Shown: positions 1 through 6,681 of the stretch, in pieces
How the letters are laid out: every line of letters starts with the position of its first letter
How positions within the stretch are numbered: the first letter of the stretch is position 1
Assembly (NCBI GenBank): GCA_031372565.1
Contig: JANMLN010000109.1
Span: forward strand, 1-12,424
Direction of reading: 5' to 3'
DNA length: 12,424 bases
Source: Gemmatimonadota bacterium
GTDB taxonomy: Bacteria; Gemmatimonadota; Gemmatimonadetes; Gemmatimonadales; Gemmatimonadaceae
Program-made: the position numbers and the translations under genes
The notes under the pieces: generated by a model
What the model saw: only the letters and a program-made list of their open reading frames with translations
Told to the model about the DNA's origin: nothing
The model's database searches: none

Positions 1-42
1 GCTGCCGACGTTGGACGGCGTGTTTGTCGCGGCGGCGACTTA

Positions 43-125
43 TGTGGCCCTGAGCGATGCTATGGACGTGCTGGTGCGTTGTGTTCAAATACAAAAGCGG
101 GTCCTTCGCTACGCCCAGCACGACA
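43..125. repeat. Inverted doublet of the REP-like hairpin repeat (REPIN/BIME-like), degenerate
   Basis: 43-72 TGTGGCCCTGAGCGATGCTATGGACGTGCT matches the reverse complement of the 30-bp core (TGTCGTCCTGAGCGAAGCGAAGGACCTGCT) at 24/30. 96-125 AGCGGGTCCTTCGCTACGCCCAGCACGACA matches the forward core at 26/30. The spacer is 23 bp, and the doublet lies just beyond the SURF1 stop codon. Confidence 0.8.
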
Positions 126-132
126 CCTGCGC

Positions 133-849
133 TCACGCCGAGGCGCGATCACTCCGCACATACGCGATCGTTCCCAACACCGTGATCAGCGCGAACGAGA
201 ACCACTGCACCGCGTAACTCTTGTGGTTGGCCTCGTCATCGACCGACGGCCGCACGAACGCCACGGGCACGGCCGAATCGATGGCCGCCGCCGGGTCGCG
301 CAGCAGCATCACGTACCACGGCCGGATCGGGTACGGCAGCGCCTTGGCCAGCGAGTCGAGATCCAGGCGTCGAATCGCGCGCCCCTTCCCTTCCTCCAGC
401 ACCGTTCCCGGGTTGCCGATCGCATACGTGTCGGCAAACCCGTCGATGTTGGCCACCGCCGACTGCTGCCAGCGGGCCTGGTTCACCACGTCCTTGGCGT
501 TGGCCGAGTAGACCCAACCGCGCACCACCAGAATCGCGGTATCCTGCCCCTGCGGCCGGAGCGGCGTCACGAGGTAGACCCCCGGCGATCCGTTCCGCGT
601 GCGCGAGATCAGGGCCATCTCGCGCTCCGTGTCGTACACGCCGTCGAGCCGGACGCGGCGGTAGCGCACGCGCGCCGTGTCGCGGGGCAACTGGTCTGGC
701 CGGACGGTGGCGGAGTCCAGCCGCGACCGGAGCTGCGCGTTGAACAGGCGCCGCTCGCCCAGTCGGCTGAGTTGCCACACGCCAAGGCGCACCATGCCGA
801 GCGCGGCCGCGGCCGCAATCACGATGAACCAGGTGTGGCGTCGTTGCAT
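133..849 (-). CDS. SURF1/Shy1 family protein (cytochrome c oxidase assembly factor-like)
   Basis: N-terminal TM followed by LGVWQLSRL, then YRRVRLDGVY, GVYLVTPL, ILVVRGWV and C-terminal HKSYAVQWFSFALI plus a TM, all hallmark SURF1 motifs. ATG at 849 (alternative GTG at 852). Confidence 0.93.
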   Translation of the reverse strand: MQRRHTWFIVIAAAAALGMVRLGVWQLSRLGERRLFNAQLRSRLDSATVRPDQLPRDTARVRYRRVRLDGVYDTEREMALISRTRNGSPGVYLVTPLRPQGQDTAILVVRGWVYSANAKDVVNQARWQQSAVANIDGFADTYAIGNPGTVLEEGKGRAIRRLDLDSLAKALPYPIRPWYVMLLRDPAAAIDSAVPVAFVRPSVDDEANHKSYAVQWFSFALITVLGTIAYVRSDRASA

Positions 850-855
850 CACCCG

Positions 856-861
856 AAAATA
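856..861 (-). promoter_or_regulatory. Putative -10 element (TATTTT) for a leaderless SURF1 transcript
   Basis: The minus strand reads TATTTT-CGGGTG-ATG, a TANNNT hexamer 6 nt before the ATG, with no Shine-Dalgarno. No good -35 is present. Confidence 0.35.
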
Positions 862-947
862 GCGGCACGCATGCCAGCGCAGGGCCGGCGCAAGTGCTCG
901 AGGGCGCTCCCGTCCAGCCTCGCGCCCCCTACATTCCCTGCATCCCC

Positions 948-1214
948 ATGTACGGAATCATTCTCGAAGGCGCCCTCTTTCTCGCGGCACTCGCGGGAGC
1001 GGGCGCTTTGGTCTTCACGGGCCTCAAGCGGTACACGACGCTCGGCGTTCGGCTGACACAAGCCGAGAACCGGCGCCGTATTCTGCTGGAGGAAGTCCTC
1101 GTCTGCCCCACGCACGGGCGGCACGAGGAAGACCAGCTCGTGCGCCTGCCGGGAGGCGACCTCATCTGCCCGGACTGCTACGCGGAGACAGTCAATGGAC
1201 GGCTCCTTCAATAG
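948..1214 (+). CDS. Small membrane protein (88 aa) with C-terminal CxxH-x17-CxxC putative zinc ribbon
   Basis: ATG at 948 gives MYGIILEGALFLAALAGAGALVFTGLKRY (hydrophobic TM followed by basic residues), then CPTH...CPDC. GC3-rich codons. Overlaps the SPFH start by 20 nt. TACATT at 930-935 is a candidate -10. Confidence 0.75.
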   Translation: MYGIILEGALFLAALAGAGALVFTGLKRYTTLGVRLTQAENRRRILLEEVLVCPTHGRHEEDQLVRLPGGDLICPDCYAETVNGRLLQ

Positions 1215-2118
1215 TTCGTTCGGTGCGGCGCGTGGGCTCGGCCGCATGATTCCCTGGAAGTCCATCGTCGTCGTCGGCGGGCTGCTCCTGCTCGCGTCCT
1301 TTGCCGTGCCGACGAGCATTACCTATATCAGCCCGGGCCACATCGGCATCGTGATTCATCGCGCGGGGGGTGGTGTCGACTCGATGCCGCTGGGCCCCGG
1401 TTTCCACACGCGCAATCCGTTGTTCACGCAGATCGTCGAGTACCCCACGTACATGCAGACGCTCGTGCTCACCAAGTCGAGCACCGAGGGATCGCTCAAC
1501 AACGACGAGATCAACGTGAACTCGACCGAGGGGCAGCCGCTCTCGCTCGATGTCTCGATGAGCTTCGAGCTGGAGCCGCGCAAGGTGCCGGCGCTCTATT
1601 CCACGTTCCGCACCGACGTCGAGACGATCCAGCACACCTACGTGAAGCAGGCCATCCGGCAGGCGCTCCAGGAAGTGGTGGGCAATGAAGCCATTGCCGA
1701 CGTGATCGGCCCCAAGAAGGCCGAGACGACCGGGCGCACGCGCGAACTGCTCGAGAAGCGGCTGGCCGGGTACGGCATCATCGTCCGCCAGTTCACGATC
1801 AACGAGCTCCGCGCGCCGAGCGGCGTGATCGAGGCGATCAACCAGAAGAACGTGATGCAGCAGCAATCGCTGACGGCGCAGAACGAACTGCAGAAGAACA
1901 CCTTCCAGGCGCAGGGTGATTCGATCAAGGCCGCCGGTCGCGCCAAGGCGATCCTCGCCGAGGCCATGGCGCAGGCCAAGGCCAATGAACTGCTGTCGCG
2001 GAGCATCACCAGCACGCTGGTGCAGTACGAAGCCGCCAAGAAGTGGGACGGCAAGATGCCGATGGTCAGTGGCGGCGCGATGCCGATGATCCAGTTGCCG
2101 TCGGGCGTCAAGCCGTAG
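1195..2118 (+). CDS. SPFH/band 7/prohibitin family membrane protein
   Basis: N-terminal TM, then YISPGHIGIVIH, LGPGFHTRNP, a band-7 core (INVNSTEGQPLSLDVSMSFEL), an Ala/Gln-rich coiled coil (AQGDSIKAAGRAKAILAEAMAQAKANELL) and C-terminal KKWDGKMP. Alternative start at M 1247 region is possible. Confidence 0.92.
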   Translation: MDGSFNSSFGAARGLGRMIPWKSIVVVGGLLLLASFAVPTSITYISPGHIGIVIHRAGGGVDSMPLGPGFHTRNPLFTQIVEYPTYMQTLVLTKSSTEGSLNNDEINVNSTEGQPLSLDVSMSFELEPRKVPALYSTFRTDVETIQHTYVKQAIRQALQEVVGNEAIADVIGPKKAETTGRTRELLEKRLAGYGIIVRQFTINELRAPSGVIEAINQKNVMQQQSLTAQNELQKNTFQAQGDSIKAAGRAKAILAEAMAQAKANELLSRSITSTLVQYEAAKKWDGKMPMVSGGAMPMIQLPSGVKP

Positions 2119-2130
2119 CGGCCTGACGGC

Positions 2131-2162
2131 GGCGGACCGGTGCCTCAGTGCGCCGGTCCGCC
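2131..2162. terminator. GC-rich stem-loop between convergent SPFH and LysR genes (no U-tract)
   Basis: GGCGGACCGGTGC (2131-2143) pairs with GCGCCGGTCCGCC (2150-2162): 13 bp with one G-U on the + strand and a 6-nt loop containing the LysR stop codon. Confidence 0.5.
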
Positions 2163-3068
2163 CGCCTCGGGATCGACCACTCCGAGCCGCCGGACGAAGC
2201 TGCGCACGCGACGCGGCGCGTTGACGCGCCAGTAGATCCAGGTCTCGATGACCATGAGGGCGCGCTCGAGCGGGAGGGCGACCACGCCGGGCGTCTCCGG
2301 CATGCTGCCGCCGGAGACGATGGCGAGGCGCTCACCGCGTCCGACGACGAGCGCTTCGAGCGCGAGGTCCTGCGACGTGGCTTCGACCGTTCCGACGAAA
2401 CCGGCCTCGTCGAGCGCATCGCGCATGCGGCGGGCGAACTCCGGCGAGAATGCCTCATCGGGCACCCCGACGCGCAGGCCGTGCAGGTCGTGCCATCCCA
2501 CCGTGCTCCGTGTCGCGAGCGTGTGCCACGCGGGCACGAGGACCGTGTCGAGCGAGGCCCGCCACACGACGGCCCCGTGGGTGAAGCGCGCCTCGCGAGC
2601 CGTCGGCTCGATGCCGAACCCCACGTCGAGCACCCCCTGCACGACCGCGCGCTGCTGCCGCAGAAAGGGGATCTGGCTCGTGAGGATGTGCGTGGCCGGA
2701 TCCTCGCGGGCGAGCGCGAGAATGGCCGCGTGCAGACGCAGGCGGAGCACGTTCGTCGTCGGCAACCCGATCAGCACATCGCCGGTGTCCGGCACGGGCG
2801 CATCGCGCGCATGACGGAGCGCCTGCTGCAACTGATCCGACACGAGCGTCATCGCCTCCAGCAGCCGTGCCCCCGCGATCGTCGGTGCGCTGCCACGCGC
2901 CCCCCGGACCACGAGCGCCAGTCCCAACCGTCCCTCGAGTTCAACGACTCGCCGCGACAACGCCGGCTGGCTCAGGTGCAACAGGCGCGCAGCAGCCGAG
3001 ATCGAGCCCTCCGACGCGATCGCGTCGATCATGGCCAGGTCACGCAGGGAGAGCGAGCGGTCGGGCAT
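2145..3068 (-). CDS. LysR family transcriptional regulator
   Basis: N-terminal HTH motif IASEGSISAAARLLHLSQPALSRRVVELEGRLGLALVVRGARGSAPTIAG, 307 aa with a substrate-binding domain (GVLDVGF, VLVPAWHTLA). GAGG SD upstream. Confidence 0.93.
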   Translation of the reverse strand: MPDRSLSLRDLAMIDAIASEGSISAAARLLHLSQPALSRRVVELEGRLGLALVVRGARGSAPTIAGARLLEAMTLVSDQLQQALRHARDAPVPDTGDVLIGLPTTNVLRLRLHAAILALAREDPATHILTSQIPFLRQQRAVVQGVLDVGFGIEPTAREARFTHGAVVWRASLDTVLVPAWHTLATRSTVGWHDLHGLRVGVPDEAFSPEFARRMRDALDEAGFVGTVEATSQDLALEALVVGRGERLAIVSGGSMPETPGVVALPLERALMVIETWIYWRVNAPRRVRSFVRRLGVVDPEAGGPAH

Positions 3069-3225
3069 CGTGCCACCTCATGGTTCGAGCGTGGCGTGCG
3101 CCCCTGGTTCACGCTGGGCGCGTGAGCGTCCGGGCGGCGCGAAGGGGGCCTGTTGGAACGTATGCCCGCGGCACGGGCGAACGGGGAAATAGAAGATTGC
3201 GTTGCGCGCAGCGCCCCCGCGTCGC

Positions 3226-4035
3226 CTAAAAGAGCGATATCTGGTCGCCGATCTGTCCCGGTTCCACCACCGGTTGCCCGAGCCGCTGCGCGAGCTCGCG
3301 CACGGTCTGCGGCGAGTGACCCGAGAAGTGGTTGTTCACGTACCCATACACCGAGTGGATGCGCTGCATGAGCGCCTGGATGGCCGGCACCCACGCGTCG
3401 AGCTCGGAGGACCGATCGACCTGGATGCGCGAGTAGTCGGTGATGTCGCGATTCGGCCCCATCCAGCGCAGGTAGGCATGGTTCGCGGTGGGGTTCTGCG
3501 CGAGGTCGAGCAGCTGCTCACGCGGAATCCAGCGGCCGTCGCTGAGGGTGAGCGCAACGCCGTAGCCGCGCAGCAGACCGAGCACGTCAGGACGGATCCA
3601 TCCGCGCTGGCGGAACTCGATGGCGAAGTGGAGATCGCGCGGGAGCCGCGGGATGAACTCGTCGAGCGCCGACTGTTCGATCGGCGCAAAGTCGGGACCC
3701 ATCTGGATGAGGATCAAGCCGAGCTTGGGGCCGAGCAACCGCGCGACGTCGAAGAAACGGTCGCAGAGATCGAACGCGTTGCGCAGGCGACGGTCGTGGG
3801 TGATCTCCTGCGGCAGCTTGAGCGAGAACTGGAAGTTGGAGGGGGTGCGCGCCGCCCACGACTTGACCACCTTGGCTGCGGGCGTGGCGTAGAAGGTGGA
3901 ATCCACCTCGACCGTGTTCCACGCGCGCGCGTACGTCGCGAGATAGTCGGCGGGCTTGGTGCCGGGCGGATAGAACGGGCCGACCCAGGCCGGGTAGTTC
4001 CAGCCCTGGGTGCCCAAGTGGAGGGTGGCGCTCAT
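3226..4035 (-). CDS. DUF72 domain-containing protein (YecE-like)
   Basis: Motifs LGTQGWNYPAWVGPFYP, NTVEVDSTFYATP, FQFSLKLPQEITH, FAIEFRQRGW and YVNNHFSGHSP. Start chosen at ATG 4035 (MSATLHLGTQGW); the longer ORF-track N-terminus overlaps the Lrp gene. Confidence 0.93.
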   Translation of the reverse strand: MSATLHLGTQGWNYPAWVGPFYPPGTKPADYLATYARAWNTVEVDSTFYATPAAKVVKSWAARTPSNFQFSLKLPQEITHDRRLRNAFDLCDRFFDVARLLGPKLGLILIQMGPDFAPIEQSALDEFIPRLPRDLHFAIEFRQRGWIRPDVLGLLRGYGVALTLSDGRWIPREQLLDLAQNPTANHAYLRWMGPNRDITDYSRIQVDRSSELDAWVPAIQALMQRIHSVYGYVNNHFSGHSPQTVRELAQRLGQPVVEPGQIGDQISLF

Positions 4036-4067
4036 GCAGGCAATCTGCGGTCGCGAGCGACGCTCGA

Positions 4068-4490
4068 CTACAGCTTGTGCGTACTCAGCAACAAGCTCGT
4101 CTCCGAATTGCTGATGCCGCGAATCGTGCGGATGCGGCGGAGCGCGGCGTCGAACGCCTCGAGCCCATCCGTCCCGAGCTCCACCACCAGGTCCCATCGC
4201 CCGTTGGTGGAATGCACCGCCCGTACCTCCGGATAGCCGCGCAACTCCTTGATCACCGCGCTCGCGTGCTCCCCCTCGACCACCACGAGCATGACGGCGC
4301 GGACCGCGTGCGGCGCCACCTCCGGTGCGGTCCGCACCGTGAAGCCCAGCACGATGCGGCGCTCGACCAGCTTGTCGATCCGGTTCTGCACGGTGGCGCG
4401 TGACACGAGCAGCGCCTCGGCCATGGACGCCACCGAACGTCGTGCGTCTGCACGCAGGAGGGCGATGAGTTTGGTGTCGAGTGCGTCCAT
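4068..4490 (-). CDS. Lrp/AsnC family transcriptional regulator
   Basis: MDALDTKLIALLRADARRSVASMAEALLVSRATVQNRIDKL HTH and a C-terminal RAM domain (VHSTNGRWDLVVEL...SETSLLL). 140 aa, divergent from rocD. Confidence 0.95.
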   Translation of the reverse strand: MDALDTKLIALLRADARRSVASMAEALLVSRATVQNRIDKLVERRIVLGFTVRTAPEVAPHAVRAVMLVVVEGEHASAVIKELRGYPEVRAVHSTNGRWDLVVELGTDGLEAFDAALRRIRTIRGISNSETSLLLSTHKL

Positions 4491-4633
4491 GTCGGCCTTG
4501 AGCACCAATTGGTGGAAGGTACGGTCATTCTGATGTCGATTCGCCAGCCACTGATTGCGAATTGCTCAGTTGAATGCACAAATATGGCAAACAGCTCACT
4601 TTTCTTCTACTCCCGAGGACGTGATTCTTCTGG
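4491..4633. promoter_or_regulatory. AT-rich divergent Lrp/rocD control region with palindromes
   Basis: Markedly lower GC than the flanks. Contains the perfect palindrome CACCAATTGGTG (4503-4514) and the imperfect inverted repeat ACTGA...TCAGT (4550-4570). GAGGA occurs upstream of the rocD ATG. Confidence 0.55.
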
Positions 4634-5848
4634 ATGGCTACCACGCTCTCCGCCCGCGACACCGACGCCCTCATCGCCCTCGAAGAGCGGTGGGGCGCGC
4701 ACAACTATCACCCGCTCGATCTCGTCATCGAACGCGCGGAAGGGGCGTGGGTGTGGGACATCGAGGGGAAGCGCTACCTCGACTGCCTGAGCGCCTACTC
4801 GGCCGTCAACCAGGGCCACGCGCATCCGCGCATCCTGGCCGCGCTCATCGAGCAGGCGCAGAAGGTGACGCTCACGTCGCGCGCCTTCCGGAACGACCAG
4901 CTCCCGATGTTCTGCGAGCGCCTCGCGACGCTGTGCGGCATGGAGATGGTGCTTCCGATGAACACGGGCGCCGAAGCGATCGAGACGGCGATCAAGGCCG
5001 CGCGTCGGTGGGGCTACGAGGTGAAGGGGATCCCGGCAGACCAGGCCGAGATCGTCGTGTTCGAGAACAACTTCCACGGTCGGACAACGACGATCGTCGG
5101 CTTCTCGTCGAGCGAGGGCTACAAGCGCGGCTTCGGGCCGTTCGCGCCGGGATTCCGCATCGTTCCCTTTGGCGACATCGAGGCTGCGCGCGCGGCGATC
5201 GGGCCGAACACGTGTGGGGTGCTGGTCGAGCCGATCCAGGCCGAAGCGGGCATCTTGCTGCCGCCCGATGGATGGCTGCGCGAGCTCGCGGACCTCTGTC
5301 AGGATCAGAACGTGCTCCTCATGGCCGACGAGATCCAGACCGGCCTGGGGCGCACGGGCAAGTTGTTCGCGTGTGATCATGAGGGGGTGACCCCCGACAT
5401 GTACATCCTCGGCAAGGCACTCTCCGGCGGCTTCTATCCGGTGTCGGCCGTGGTGTCGCGGCGTGACGTGCTCGGCCTGTTCGGCCCTGGCTCGCACGGC
5501 AGCACGTATGGCGGCAATCCGCTCGGCTGCGCCGTGGCGATCGCAGCAATGGACGTGATGGAGGACGAGCAGCTCGTGGAGCGCTCGGCGGAGCTCGGCG
5601 CGTGGTTCACTGGCGAGCTGCGATCGATGCGGCACGCGAAGATTGCCGAGGTGCGCGGACGCGGCCTGCTGGTGGGGCTCGAGCTCGTCGGGCCTGCGCG
5701 CGGCGTGTGCGAAGCGCTGATGGCGCGCGGGGTGCTGTGCAAGGAGACGCACGACAACGTGGTGCGGCTCGCGCCGCCGCTCGTGGTGGCGAAGGACGAT
5801 CTTGCGTGGGCGCTTGAGCAGATTGACGCGGTGCTGGGCGCGGCGTAG
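4634..5848 (+). CDS. rocD: Ornithine--oxo-acid aminotransferase (class III PLP aminotransferase)
   Basis: [72 protein letters not shown]-lysine motif [19 protein letters not shown] and [14 protein letters not shown]. Confidence 0.96.
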   Translation: MATTLSARDTDALIALEERWGAHNYHPLDLVIERAEGAWVWDIEGKRYLDCLSAYSAVNQGHAHPRILAALIEQAQKVTLTSRAFRNDQLPMFCERLATLCGMEMVLPMNTGAEAIETAIKAARRWGYEVKGIPADQAEIVVFENNFHGRTTTIVGFSSSEGYKRGFGPFAPGFRIVPFGDIEAARAAIGPNTCGVLVEPIQAEAGILLPPDGWLRELADLCQDQNVLLMADEIQTGLGRTGKLFACDHEGVTPDMYILGKALSGGFYPVSAVVSRRDVLGLFGPGSHGSTYGGNPLGCAVAIAAMDVMEDEQLVERSAELGAWFTGELRSMRHAKIAEVRGRGLLVGLELVGPARGVCEALMARGVLCKETHDNVVRLAPPLVVAKDDLAWALEQIDAVLGAA

Positions 5849-5865
5849 GGTGCGGGGGTGAGGGG

Positions 5866-5973
5866 GACAGCGAGAAGCAGGTCCTTCGCTTTGCTCAGGA
5901 CGACAGCGAGAAGCAGGTCCTTCGCTTTGCTCAGGACGACAGCGAGAGGCAGGTCCTTCGCTGTGCGCAGCGC
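5866..5973 (+). repeat. Tandem array A: 3 x 36-bp REP-like hairpin repeat
   Basis: GACAGCGAGAAGCAGGTCCTTCGCTTTGCTCAGGAC at 5866-5901 and 5902-5937 (identical), with a third copy at 5938-5973 (5 mismatches). Internal stem GTCCT...AGGAC. Confidence 0.95.
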
Positions 5974-6000
5974 GACGGAGATTCCCACGCCCAGGACGAT

Positions 6001-6450
6001 GTGAGCGACCCACGGATCGTGGACGGTGGCGACCTTCGCCCCCTCCTGACGGATACGGCGCAGGAGACGCTCCTCGGCTGGCTCGAGGCGGAGCGGCTCT
6101 CCGCGCACTCGGACCTGGCGTCGGATCTGCTCGATGCCGCGCGCGCGACCTGCGGTGAGTGGGTCTCGTACTCCCCCTCGTTCGGCAGCTGCCGCTACGT
6201 GGCGCTGATCACGAGTGGGCGCGTCTTTGCGCTCGCGCATGGGCAGCAGCAGGTCTGCTTCCGCGTGCGCGGCGCCGAGCAGGCCATCGCGCTGGAGAGC
6301 GGTGGTGTGGCGCGTCCGGAGTTGGGCGCGGGCTGGGTGGCATTCCAGCTGTATCGCCCGACGCACCCGAAGCCGGATCTCAAGTTCTGGACGCTGCGCG
6401 CGTACGTGGCGGCGCGCGGGGCACCGGCGGCCGAGGTGACGGCGGCGTAA
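6001..6450 (+). CDS. Hypothetical protein (149 aa), possibly TfoX-N/YjbR-like fold
   Basis: GTG start with AGGA at 5993-5996 upstream, GC3-rich codons, and it fills the gap between the two arrays. The pattern GRVFAL...VCFRV...GWVAF...LKFWTLRAY is loosely reminiscent of TfoX/YjbR-type domains (weak inference). Confidence 0.7.
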   Translation: MSDPRIVDGGDLRPLLTDTAQETLLGWLEAERLSAHSDLASDLLDAARATCGEWVSYSPSFGSCRYVALITSGRVFALAHGQQQVCFRVRGAEQAIALESGGVARPELGAGWVAFQLYRPTHPKPDLKFWTLRAYVAARGAPAAEVTAA

Positions 6451-6570
6451 CACGAGGGAATCGGCCCTCCGGTGCCGATGATCGTTGAGGGGGGGCGCTT
6501 GGGACCGAGCTGCGCGTGCTGCGCGTGTGACGGCGGCGGCGTGGGTGCGTCGAATGGGGTTGGGGCGGGA

Positions 6571-6669
6571 GAAGCAGGTCCTTCGCTTCGCTCAGGACGA
6601 CGAGAGGCAGGTCCTTCGGCTCGCTCACGACGACTAGAAGCAGGTCTTTCGCTTCGCTCAAGACGACAA
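6571..6669 (+). repeat. Tandem array B: 3 x 33-bp REP-like hairpin repeat
   Basis: GAAGCAGGTCCTTCGCTTCGCTCAGGACGACGA (6571-6603), GAGGCAGGTCCTTCGGCTCGCTCACGACGACTA (6604-6636) and GAAGCAGGTCTTTCGCTTCGCTCAAGACGACAA (6637-6669). Same core and orientation as array A. Confidence 0.93.
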
Positions 6670-6681
6670 TCCGGAGAGACC

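Noticed and set aside
3079..3125. Weak direct repeat TGGTTC...GGCG upstream of LysR
   Set aside because: It is too short and degenerate to distinguish from chance in GC-rich DNA.
4036..4197. N-terminal extension of DUF72 in the ORF track
   Set aside because: It overlaps the Lrp coding sequence in another frame, and the DUF72 motif begins right after ATG 4035.
5434..6661. Minus-strand ORFs with peptide repeats VVLSKAKDLLL / VVLSEAKDLLL
   Set aside because: These are in-frame translations of the DNA repeat, with no SD or domain support, and they overlap real genes.
5866..6669. CRISPR array (36-bp and 33-bp palindromic repeats)
   Set aside because: The units are directly abutting with no unique spacers, no cas genes or AT-rich leader are present, and the same core also occurs as an inverted doublet at 43-125, which is REP-like behaviour.
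5866..6669. Integron cassette with attC sites, or an IS/MITE
   Set aside because: There are no RYYYAAC/GTTRRRY core sites, no terminal inverted repeats with target duplication, and no integrase or transposase in the window.
6472..6681. 70-aa N-terminal extension of the glutamate-synthase-family ORF (CACCAC and EAGPSLRSGRR repeats)
   Set aside because: It is the translation of the G-rich tract and array B. ATG 6682 has a good SD and begins the hydrophobic N-terminus typical of the family.
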